This document shows positions 33,490 to 43,503 of a stretch of 64,000 nucleotides of DNA, one piece after another (position 1 is the stretch's first letter; every line of letters starts with the position of its first letter). The notes under the pieces are model-generated. The model made no database searches and was not told where the DNA came from. It worked only from the letters and a program-made list of their open reading frames with translations. Source of the stretch: Psammoneis japonica (Eukaryota); contig QPGO01000007.1 of the NCBI GenBank assembly GCA_008632985.1, positions 1 through 64,000 of the forward strand, written 5' to 3'. Position numbers and translations under genes: made by a program.

Positions 33490-34030
33490 ATTGTGGTTGT
33501 GACTTGGCGTCTTCACCAGCATGATTGTTGATGCCCATGACATGCAGAGGAGCAGCGATCAACATGTCTTGACATGGAATGGTGTGGTGTTGAGTGCAGC
33601 TTGTTCCATGATTTCACCCATCAGCAAACTGAAGCCCACATCCAAGGCAAACCACACTGCTGTGGAGGTTGCCAGTGATTGATGCACAAGGGCTTGTGAA
33701 CAACTCTGCTTGATGCAAGATGCACCATGAACCACGTTGAAGTCATCCAGCCGACGACAATGTTGGGCCACCCCAGCACACTCTCCAAACGCAAGTGTGC
33801 GGCACAATCGACTCCATCTGGGTGAAGATTGTGGGTGTTGGGGCCAAAACAAAGTGCATCAAACAGTGTCATGGCAAAGATGCAGCCCGACAGCACACCA
33901 CTCCAAGACTGTGGACCGCAACAACTGTGATTGAGGCACGGAGAAAGGCGGGTGGTGCTCTGAGGTGCTGGTGGCGCGTGATGGTGAAGATTGTTTGGGT
34001 GGCATTGCACATCCTGAACCTGGCATGTGA
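33490..34030 (-). pseudogene. Hypermutated pseudogene copy of the 19446-19946 membrane-protein gene
   Basis: Collinear with 19446-19946 (flanking homology spans ~33355-34400 vs ~19310-20300); TA dinucleotides replaced; frameshifts present. Confidence 0.92.
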
Positions 34031-34443
34031 GGTGCCTGCTGCATGGATTATGGTTCAAGGTTCATCGTCATCGTGCTTCTCGGTCGCTCCTCGGTTGTGT
34101 TGGTCATCGCGTTGGAACTGTTGGGGAACTTCTTTGAATTTCCAAATTCGGACGGACGCATGGGCGGACTGTATGTTCAATGAATTTTCTTCAGCTTTGC
34201 AGTTCAAAAATGAAACTTGCACTCGTCGGTGTCTGAGATGCCCATGGCGGTGTCGAACGTTATCTTCTATGATACATCTCTTGCCTTTGTCGACCTTGGA
34301 CCGCTGGCAAAGCAATTTGCAAGTTACAGTATCACAACGGGAACAACTAATAATCAAAACGTCATCACTGCATGACGCACCAACTGGCACAGTAGAGAGC
34401 ATTTCACAAACAGCAGACAGCAAATCTTTATGCGACAAGAAAA

Positions 34444-36810
34444 ATGAAGAACACTGGCAGAGAAGAGAAAGAAACTAGCTTGCGTAGTAGCGACCATCAC
34501 GTCGCTTCTTTGAACGAAGATACACCCTCTGATGCGGCTAGTACTGCGCATAATCAAACTCATCGTGCTTCTCATCGAAGCATGACGGACGATGGCATTC
34601 AAGAACTGCGCTCACCGAGTTTGCGAAAGAGAGAGACAGTTGCACTGGATGCGGGAGACTCCTCGTCTAGCCAAACAATTGAAGAAAAGCCTCATCAAAG
34701 TGCCACCCGGTCGAGTGGGAGGTTTGGTGAAGGCGAAGATGATGTTTACATTCAGCCCACACTTCGACAGGTCTCTGGGCGACAAGCAAAACACGAAACT
34801 GCGGAAACAACGGAGGATCTAGTCTCAGAGAAAACGGACATGATGGGCAAGAGTGGGGGCCAAAGAAGCCCCCCTACAGATGAAACGGCGGACACAATGG
34901 ACGATGTCGTAGCAGAGAAAAAGGATACGCTGAGCAAGAACGTGAAATTACCGCCGCCCATTAAATTGGAGGCTGCGGAAACACTAGACCATGCAGTAGC
35001 CGAGGCAGAAATGGATATGATGAACACGTCCGATGGCGAAGAACAAGAAGATACAAACAAGGTGGAAACAAGCAAGATTTCAAAGCAACACATGAAGAAA
35101 GCGCGTGCTTCAAGTCCCTCAATAGTTGCCAAAACTGGTGCAGATTCCGAGCACGGCGCAATGCAAGCGAGTGCAAGTGCTTCCGCAGGAGTTGACGAAG
35201 GAGTGAAAACAAGGAAGAGACGATTTTTTCGCGGCACGACCAACCGCGCTTCGTCAGCGTGTACGCCAGGCAAAGCTTCGAGGAAACAGAGACGCTTTCG
35301 AGGCTTTGTCGCCTCCAGAGACGCAGGTGTGACGGATGATGATGCCGTCAGCGGTGACAACGACGAAGAAGCAGGACAAGTCAATCCGATTGCCGGTGCA
35401 TATTACGTGAGTGCTGCCGGTGAAGTGATCACTCGACAACGGGGAGTCTTGACCTCGCACCCAACCGAGAATGAGCGTGAATTGGCAGGGATTACGGCGG
35501 AAGTGACACGTAGCTACAACTCCGACACCAATTCTTTGGAGAAAGGGCAAATCTCATGGTACTGTACGAGAAAGTTCAAATTGATTGCAGTGGCTACCCT
35601 GGTGATTGCGGCTGCGGTTGCCGTTGCAGTCGGTGTTACTACAGCGGGTGGTGGTGGTGGTGGTGGTGGCACGGTAGCTAGCGAGGCCGAAGAATCTGAG
35701 TTCGAAACGAGACGAGCTGTTATTCGTGCGACTCTCCTTCCTATTTCTGGTCAAGAGGCGCTGGATGAGCCAGGCTCACCCCAGAACCGTGCGATGAACT
35801 GGGTCGCGTTCAATGACACCTCGACTCCTGTGGGTGAAGATATTACAGAGGAAGAGTTGAGCATATTGATTCGGCGATATTCACTAGCTGTTGTGTTTTT
35901 TGCTACTGAAGGAGAGTCATGGTTCAGAAGCGATAATTGGTTGAATGCCGGTGTGGAGGAATGCGAATGGGAACACATATCATGTCAAGGCGGAGAAATT
36001 GTGTCGTTCGATACGGGCACAAGAGAGAACAATGTTGCAGGGGATATACCGCCAGAGATAGGGCAGCTTTCGTTTTTGCGTGAGTTGCTGTTGCCCTACA
36101 ATCTGATTACTGGACTGCCGTCCGAGTTGGACACCCTCAACGATTTGACCTCGTTAAATCTAAAATTCAACGCCTTGGCGGGTCCCTTCCCTTCTGTGAT
36201 TTATGAGTTGACGTCATTACAAGAGCTCACGTTGGACGAGAATGGGCTTAGCGGAACGATTTCAACGGCGATTGCTGCTCTTTCAGAGCTTGAAATATTT
36301 GCACTTGCTAGCAACAGTCTCACTGGTTTGCTGACTGTCGAGTTTCAGTCACTGGCGGCCCTTTCGGAGCTGGATTTATTCAGCAATTCTTTTCAGGGCG
36401 AGGTAAACGATGTGCTTCGAGGCTTGACAAAGCTTGCGTACGTCAGGATGGACAGCAACGAGTTGTCCGGTACAATACCGACAGAACTCGGCATGTTCAC
36501 GAACTTGGTCGAATTGAATTTTGGCGACAACAGAATTGAAAATTCTACGATTCCTACAGAATTAGGGATGCTCACTGATCTAGAAGGTATTTTCCTGTTT
36601 CGGAACAACATTGTCGGTACGATTCCGTCTGAACTGGGAAGGTTGATTGGACTCAAGTCTCTCTTCATTGAGGACACAAACCTGGTGGGCTCTATCCCCC
36701 CGGAGCTATGCTCTGTGTTTGAAACGGTTCCCAATTTCCAAGTGCGACTCTTCCCCACTTGTAATGTCGAGTGCAGTTGCCGTGTCTGCGATCCAGAGTG
36801 CGACGTGTGA
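34444..36810 (+). CDS. Single-TM leucine-rich-repeat receptor-like protein (paralog 2)
   Basis: Same architecture as 16762-18921 with clearly alignable LRR region (e.g. IPPEIGQLSFLR, GDNRIENSTIPTE, CxCxVCDPEC). Confidence 0.9.
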   Translation: MKNTGREEKETSLRSSDHHVASLNEDTPSDAASTAHNQTHRASHRSMTDDGIQELRSPSLRKRETVALDAGDSSSSQTIEEKPHQSATRSSGRFGEGEDDVYIQPTLRQVSGRQAKHETAETTEDLVSEKTDMMGKSGGQRSPPTDETADTMDDVVAEKKDTLSKNVKLPPPIKLEAAETLDHAVAEAEMDMMNTSDGEEQEDTNKVETSKISKQHMKKARASSPSIVAKTGADSEHGAMQASASASAGVDEGVKTRKRRFFRGTTNRASSACTPGKASRKQRRFRGFVASRDAGVTDDDAVSGDNDEEAGQVNPIAGAYYVSAAGEVITRQRGVLTSHPTENERELAGITAEVTRSYNSDTNSLEKGQISWYCTRKFKLIAVATLVIAAAVAVAVGVTTAGGGGGGGGTVASEAEESEFETRRAVIRATLLPISGQEALDEPGSPQNRAMNWVAFNDTSTPVGEDITEEELSILIRRYSLAVVFFATEGESWFRSDNWLNAGVEECEWEHISCQGGEIVSFDTGTRENNVAGDIPPEIGQLSFLRELLLPYNLITGLPSELDTLNDLTSLNLKFNALAGPFPSVIYELTSLQELTLDENGLSGTISTAIAALSELEIFALASNSLTGLLTVEFQSLAALSELDLFSNSFQGEVNDVLRGLTKLAYVRMDSNELSGTIPTELGMFTNLVELNFGDNRIENSTIPTELGMLTDLEGIFLFRNNIVGTIPSELGRLIGLKSLFIEDTNLVGSIPPELCSVFETVPNFQVRLFPTCNVECSCRVCDPECDV

Positions 36811-37792
36811 TCGTTCACCATGAAAGACTGCCGTGTTTGGTTTAACATAGTCATGCACTGTGTTTGAAACTGTTCTCGATTTCAAAGTATTGCCTTTGAA
36901 ACGGTTCTCGATTTCAAAGTATTGCCACTCTCACCTACATGCAATCTCGATGGCAGTTGGACCGTCTGCGATCCGGAGTGCGAAGAACGAGGATGAGTTT
37001 GTTTTCTGTTCGTGGCACTGGAATGAACGAACAATCATCAGTGCATCCTACACGGGGTTGCTAAATAGATGTAGAGCATAGGAATACGAATTTAGATATT
37101 CTTTGGGCTACTGGAGTAGTAAATTGTTACATTTCCTTAGGTCTTCTGTCTTTCCCAATTTCGAGAAACGGGAGTGCGGCTAGCAAAGCATTGAGACTCG
37201 TCTTTTGCACGTGCTACAGTGCGTTGGCGAATCAAGCCCTGTTTTTTAAAATAGCTAGTGCACTAAAATGGCTACCATGGTTGCAACCTGGAACTTATCA
37301 CGAAGGCGGTCGATGGGATGGGAAGCTGTAGGGCCCTATAGCAAGGAGATACCTTAGAGTCGAGTTACTTCTGTGGTTGCCATAGTTAGTTGTCTGATAG
37401 ACTCCTCTCTCTACTCTCTACTCTAGCTACTTCGATCTAGTAGCTCTACTCTAGCTAGAGCTCTCTCTAGCTAGAGTAGCTACAGTAGAGAGAGAGAGCT
37501 GTACTCTCTACTCTAGTAGTACGGTAGAAGCATCATGACAAAAGAGGATTTTTGCGGAGCACTGGGCAAGCACTGCGGGTACCGGTAGACTAGGGCCCTA
37601 CGGTGTATCTTGATCTGCCGTACCGAAGAAATTCGTGGCCCGCACCGCACGCACGCACCTCGCGCGCGCGAAACTGGAAACACGACCGACGACAAGCGAG
37701 ACAACGCAATAGAGTTCGAGCAACTTCTTTGTGATTGCTGCCATTGACAAGGACGCGTAGCATACTCTTGATTCAGACATAGACCTATAAAT

Positions 37793-38328
37793 ATGACAAC
37801 CAGTGTGAAATTAGGCTTTGGTAAGTAATCGACGTTAAATTCGCCACTGGGAAAACAAGAGGATGGAGTGCGGCGACGAATGGTATAGTGTGTGTGACGC
37901 AATTTTTCCACTTTCCTTTCGACACTGCTTGAAGCCATTCGAATGCGGTTGGGAACGAGCGTCGTTTATATCACGAGCTGCTTCAAGGTATACTTACCCA
38001 TTTTCATACTCTAACTTTTGTTTATACAGAGGCCTTTGACGACGACTTCAAGGGGGCCCCCACCGGTGCGGACAAGGTGCACGTTCGTGTTCAGCAGCGA
38101 AACGGGCGCAAGTGTATTACGACGGTTGCGGGACTGGCGGATGATTTGGACATTAAAAGAATCTGCAAAGCCTTTAAGAAGAACTTTAATTGCAACGGTG
38201 CCGTTCAAAAGGATGAAGAGGGTGGCGAAGTCATTCAGCTTTCTGGTGATCAGCGTACCGATGTGAAGGAGTTTCTGGTGGATCAAGAAATTTGCCACGC
38301 TGAGCACATTGTGCTTCATGGATTTTAA
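37793..38328 (+). CDS. SUI1: Translation initiation factor eIF1/SUI1, two exons
   Basis: Exon 37793-37820 and intron 37821-38029; KVHVRVQQRNGRKCITTV...FKKNFNCNG...VIQLSGDQR...IVLHGF*. Confidence 0.95.
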
Positions 38329-38957
38329 GATTTTGCTGCTTTTATGGTCGATCAGGTGGTCGTGTATTTCGTTTAGCGGCGTGACGGCAGCTTGGTGTAA
38401 GTTCTTGAAAGCTGGCTAGAAGTGTATGTTAGTAAAGTCAAACTAGTTAGAAGGCGAATAATATTCATCAAAGGTCAAATCACATGTATTCCATAAGCAT
38501 GTCCTGTTGAGGTCGACCGTCACGAGTCTTTTCCAAACTTCTCTTCGGATACTGACTATCGAAAGGTACCGTTTCCCTCCTCCCCCCCGCCTCAGTTTAG
38601 AACTGGTCGAAACTAGTAGCTAGAGAGCACTACAAGACTGAGATAAAATGTACCTTGAGCAAGAATTAGACCTTGGTCTGGGGTCTTACAGCGAACAATG
38701 AAATTTCAGTATTGATAGTAGCCGAGCAGTGAAAGCGGGAACATGGGGCCTCTAGCTAGCTAGAGCAAGAAGTATGCCACATTGGCAATTCGTACGACGT
38801 ACGTACTGTACTGAGTTCTCCGTAGAAAGTACGTGAAGCACTGAGCCAGCCATTTTTGACCCGTCCATCTTCAATCAAATCTCGTTTGCTGTTGTCTGTT
38901 GTTCATCACGAGTTCACCTAAACTAGTCAATACTTGCTCTACACTACTGCTTTCATC

Positions 38958-39830
38958 ATGGCAGAGTTTGATAAGACGGGTTTCTCCGCCGTGTCTGCCT
39001 TTTTTGGAAAAGAATCGGCTACAGAAGAACCTGAAAACAAAAAGACTCAGAAAAGCGCCGTGGGCGGTCGTCGCGGTGTCGGCGCAACACTGTTAAAATC
39101 GCGGTCGATCCGCAACGACGAGAGACTATCGAAACGTTTGCTACAAGTTGGGAAAAGAAAACGCAATCTGGAGGACGACGATGAAGACGTGTCGCCTGAA
39201 CTCCAACATGAGAGTGATGACGAAGAGGGAGGAAGGACCTCGATTGAAGAAAAGAAGAAACCCACTCCTGTCGAACCGGTTGTTCCAGCAGCGCAAAAAT
39301 CAAAAAAGAAGAAAAAGAAAGGCAAGAAGGAACGAAAGCTAGAAGCAGAAACTGTTGAAAACGAATCTAAGGATGAGACTCCTACTACCGGTACTACTGC
39401 TGAAAACGACAAAGACCCACTCGTCACCACGACGGAGGATACAGCCGAGAATACAAATCAAACGAAAAAGAAAAAGCGCAAAAAAGTGAGAAGCCGCCAA
39501 AAGAACATTTACAAGGATAAGCGTCTGCCTCAGCACAAACCAGAGCACTTGATTCTCGGACGAAGCACTTTTGCGGGACGCCCCTTAACTGCCGAGACTC
39601 GTGCCCGCCTCAATCTTCCGCCGAGCAAGAATAGTCGAAAGCATCAAGAACGACAGAACAGTCATGAACATTATTCGGGAAACGACGAAGAGAGTGGCAT
39701 GGGACTAGGAATAGACTCGTTTCTAGAGGATGGCGATAACGATTTCGGTGTTCCCAACGACGCGCATGAATCAGAAAAGGTTGAAAAGAGAAAGAAGAAG
39801 CGAAAGAAGTCCAAATACAAGAACCTGTAG
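38958..39830 (+). CDS. Lys-rich, probably nuclear/nucleolar protein of unknown function
   Basis: Intact ORF with RRGVGA, DDEEGGRTS, RSRQKNIYKDKR and several poly-Lys NLS-like tracts. Confidence 0.75.
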   Translation: MAEFDKTGFSAVSAFFGKESATEEPENKKTQKSAVGGRRGVGATLLKSRSIRNDERLSKRLLQVGKRKRNLEDDDEDVSPELQHESDDEEGGRTSIEEKKKPTPVEPVVPAAQKSKKKKKKGKKERKLEAETVENESKDETPTTGTTAENDKDPLVTTTEDTAENTNQTKKKKRKKVRSRQKNIYKDKRLPQHKPEHLILGRSTFAGRPLTAETRARLNLPPSKNSRKHQERQNSHEHYSGNDEESGMGLGIDSFLEDGDNDFGVPNDAHESEKVEKRKKKRKKSKYKNL

Positions 39831-40807
39831 CCTCTAGCCCGACCAACGAGGCTTTGAAAGCCAACAGATCTTCTTGAACTTCTTTGTTACCTCAGATGGA
39901 ACGAAAGGAATTCTATGCAACGCCAGGATGTGATTGCAGAGACCCTCATCATCAGAGAGAAAATGCCCAATCGGAAGCCAGATGTATCCGACAAATTGAG
40001 CGTACAAAGATGATTTACACGGCGAAATTCATTTTTCTCAACGATAGCTTTCTACTTGCTTTAAAATGTATACGGTAGTACCAACTCTATAGCCTACTCT
40101 ATGTAGCTAGAGACTAGCTAGAGCGTTCATAGGCTTCGGAAGGTCCGAAGTGAAAACAGAAAACTCAGAAAACAGTAAAATATGTGAGGTTGAGATTCCC
40201 CTATTTCGAAATTCTTATTTCAAAATCCTTCAAGTCAGTATAAACATCATTCTTCGATGGTATGCTGGCGCATTAATCTTCATTTTAAGGGATCTGATAA
40301 ATAAGATAAGGCAAGGAAAGCTATTATTTTCGAAACTATTCCAAAATCACCTATTTGATTTAAATTTTTGATCTACTATCACTTTTTGTGTATAAGCGTT
40401 TTTTGCCCGCCAAACTCCTTTGCTCACATTTTCAGGAATCGATGCTTTGATTGCACGTTCATGAACATTGCGTTTTATTCGTTCCTTTTGGGCTTGATTG
40501 CTTCAAGAATGTCTCGGATACCTTTTCGCGCTTCGCCAACCCTCTAAACCCGGAATAAACAGCGGCGACGCACCGATTTCGAAAAGCCAACGATCCACAA
40601 CAGCAGACAGCACCAGCAGATTCACTTGACGGACGGGTGTTGCGGTTGTGATTGATGTGAAGAGCGACGATTGCTCTTGCAAAGACACTGTATCATACGT
40701 CTGCAACCGTTGCAAGGTAAGTACAGCGCTATATTTCGTCTGTTGCGTAAGGCGCTCACACGGCGAAAGTCTAACGTTCTGACCTTCAGTTCGCTTCGTT
40801 TCTCAAG

Positions 40808-43243
40808 ATGAATCTCTTGGCAAAGTCGAAAAGGCATCTCTCCTTTCGTTCGCGGAAGAAGATCAATCGTCACGAAGAAAACGAGATCGAGTCGTCCATG
40901 TCGGATGATGCCGCTCCTCATCCAGATTGGACTCCCATCACGCCAGAGAGCAATAGTAAGGTAGGGCTAGTACCTTTTCCGGAAGGGCGTGAAGCGCTGC
41001 ATACGGCTGATACGGTTGACTGGACCATGAAGTCTCCAGAACCAACAACTCGCTTGCAGTCCTTTAGCACTCCCGTGGACTTGGATGTAACAATCGAATC
41101 TTCATCCGGGTCGGGTTCTGACACTGCCAGCCTTGAGGATTGTAATTCTGAAAAAGCCGTGCTACCGGATGGATCGGTTCGTCCCCGACGAAACGACACT
41201 GACAGTATGGTTCCTCAGATGGCTGCCGCTTCCTTGGATAAGCGCGTTCTTTCTGATTTGACATCGAGTGCATACGTCGACTGTTCGTTCGAGTCCGTGG
41301 AAGAAGAACTCGCAAAACAACAACAAGTATCTCTTCAGTCATTCGAGTCGGACGGCTGGGCCGTTTTTGAGGACGAACAAAGCTCCTCGGAAGACGAACC
41401 TACACAAAAAGAAGTGTCTCATCAGTCCATCGAGTCGCTACAGTGGGCGTTTTTTGTGGATGAACGAAGCACCCCGTTCAATGTCCCCGAACAGCCCAAG
41501 GCGGACTCCGACCAGATCCCCGTGCAAGCTGATGATTCGTTAACGAAGGCTCCGGTGACTCCAGAAGCAGCATCAGAAGAAATTTCCGCCAAGAAGAAGA
41601 ATGGGGTTGCCAAGCCTGTCCGAGCTGATTCTTCGTCGGCGCATGCTCCAGTGACTCCAGAAGCGGCATCAGAACAAGTCTTTGTCGAGAAGAATGAGGT
41701 ACTCTCGACTCCACCACCAGATTTCATGAATTGTCCTTCTGCCGTTCTCGAAGATCACGGCTCGTCTTGTGAAGGAAACACCGCCGATGCAGTCGTTACC
41801 AGCTTCACTTCCGAAGGAGGAACAGCCGACGCAGTTGTTGCTGAGAATAACGACAGTATTGATAAAACGAGCGAAACTCCAAGCGAGGAGACTGAGCAAG
41901 AACAAGAAGAAATCATTGAGACCGAAGGTACTGACGAAAGCGTGGTCTCCAACGATGAAAGCCACGAGGAGGGTTCAATCGTCACTTCCGTAGCTACCGC
42001 GGAGACCGAGGTTATTGATAGGCAGGTTATCTACGACGATAAAGAACACAAAAAGGGATCCATCATTACGTGCATTGCTCCAGTTTCACCAAAGCAAGAA
42101 CCTCCAACGAAAGAAGAAACCGTCAAGCCCGAGTTCGAGAAGCTGGACAAGATGACTCCGGCAATCAAGAAGGAAACGACCAAGGCTCCTCCTACTCCAA
42201 CCAAGACCAAGGAGGAACGTCTGCGAGATATGTACTTCAAGTACTTTAGCTTTTCCGCCCAGCCACCGCCACCCAAGAAGGTTCTGATCAATGAAGACAT
42301 CAAGATCCGTCTCTTTCAGCGCACCGAAGAAGAATGGAAAGTGTTCAATGCCAAGAACAAGCGCAAATCATTACTCAAGGATGACCAACGGGGGTATTCA
42401 GATCCCATTCAAGCCGACGATCCGCCCATCGATGCGCCATCGTTTTGGGAGGAAAAGACGAAACTGATGGAGGACGGATTTGAAACCTTGTCGAGAAATG
42501 TGCAAGATGCGCTTTCGGTCAATAGCGACAATGACGACGCTGTGAGCGTGGCGGACAGCTTGAATCTTTGTAGGAGCTCCGAATCAGTGGCTAACAATGA
42601 CCGACGTTTCATGCCCGAGTTTATGGCGTCCTTTGACGAATCTGCCTTTGACGCGTCGTCCTTTAAGAGCTTGGATGAGTATCGTTTGCGCTGGTTCACT
42701 TGCGCCAATCCAGAAGACCAAGCGAATAACGATGAGATCACGCGGGACATTCCCATGGACACTCCCGTCGGTGGTGAGGTGTACCTCAACCAGAGCATCG
42801 ATAATTCCGTGTGGGGATCTGTGCTGACGGAAGCGACGACAGATACGGGTTTCTCTGCTGGAAGCGTGAACGATGAGAATCAATCCAAGGGTGGTGAGGA
42901 TAGTGCCAATGCACGACCCCGGCTAACTACTCCGCCTGGTGTCAGTGCCGAGTTCTTTGAAAGTTTGCAGCAGCCGATTCTTGAAGACTCGGTTTCTGGT
43001 TACAACCAAGACACTACTCTTAAGGAAACCATTGCTCCGCCGAAGATTGGGATTCAACGGGGCAAATTAAGGCCTGTTGGCGATGCTACAAAGCTGGAAA
43101 AGGGTCGCAACTCCACCAGAAGCCCCACATCCATTCTTGATCTTGAACGTTCTTTTGACAACAATCCTGAATGTTTGTCCCCCGACGAGTTCGAAGCTCT
43201 ACTTCGTGAGAGGAAGGACAAGTTGAACAATAATGTTATTTGA
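40808..43243 (+). CDS. Acidic low-complexity protein of unknown function
   Basis: 811-aa ORF, S/E/D/T-rich, with an internal APVTPEAASE repeat. Confidence 0.75.
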   Translation: MNLLAKSKRHLSFRSRKKINRHEENEIESSMSDDAAPHPDWTPITPESNSKVGLVPFPEGREALHTADTVDWTMKSPEPTTRLQSFSTPVDLDVTIESSSGSGSDTASLEDCNSEKAVLPDGSVRPRRNDTDSMVPQMAAASLDKRVLSDLTSSAYVDCSFESVEEELAKQQQVSLQSFESDGWAVFEDEQSSSEDEPTQKEVSHQSIESLQWAFFVDERSTPFNVPEQPKADSDQIPVQADDSLTKAPVTPEAASEEISAKKKNGVAKPVRADSSSAHAPVTPEAASEQVFVEKNEVLSTPPPDFMNCPSAVLEDHGSSCEGNTADAVVTSFTSEGGTADAVVAENNDSIDKTSETPSEETEQEQEEIIETEGTDESVVSNDESHEEGSIVTSVATAETEVIDRQVIYDDKEHKKGSIITCIAPVSPKQEPPTKEETVKPEFEKLDKMTPAIKKETTKAPPTPTKTKEERLRDMYFKYFSFSAQPPPPKKVLINEDIKIRLFQRTEEEWKVFNAKNKRKSLLKDDQRGYSDPIQADDPPIDAPSFWEEKTKLMEDGFETLSRNVQDALSVNSDNDDAVSVADSLNLCRSSESVANNDRRFMPEFMASFDESAFDASSFKSLDEYRLRWFTCANPEDQANNDEITRDIPMDTPVGGEVYLNQSIDNSVWGSVLTEATTDTGFSAGSVNDENQSKGGEDSANARPRLTTPPGVSAEFFESLQQPILEDSVSGYNQDTTLKETIAPPKIGIQRGKLRPVGDATKLEKGRNSTRSPTSILDLERSFDNNPECLSPDEFEALLRERKDKLNNNVI

Positions 43244-43503
43244 GTGTTCCCTGTACTGTAGTTGTAACCGGGTAGATTTTTTTTGTTTCTTTAGTGCATC
43301 AGCTCGTCCCAGAGGGTGACGCAATGTCCATAACTGAACTTTAGTTTGTCAATCACGGTGCGCCGGTTCCGCCACACTGTTCCTGTTGGATTTCACGCTA
43401 CGGCATGTTACATAAAGTAGGCCTACCATATTATACACATCATCTACAGTACAGCATACCTTGCAAGTAGACTATTCGAACAAACAGCATTTTACTCTAA
43501 GGC

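Noticed and set aside
23700..34000. Dense overlapping Cys/His/Gln/Trp-rich ORFs on both strands (also 56.2-63.3 kb)
   Set aside because: Explained by loss of TAA/TAG stops and TG/CA enrichment; these are not real Cys-rich proteins.
23650..34050. Classical fungal RIP or plain CpG-methylation decay as the sole explanation
   Set aside because: Both are C-to-T processes that create or spare TpA. Here TpA is removed, and it is removed even where CpG persists.
40150..40500. AT-rich stretch as a possible centromere or MITE
   Set aside because: Only ~350 bp, and I could find no terminal inverted repeats or target-site duplication.
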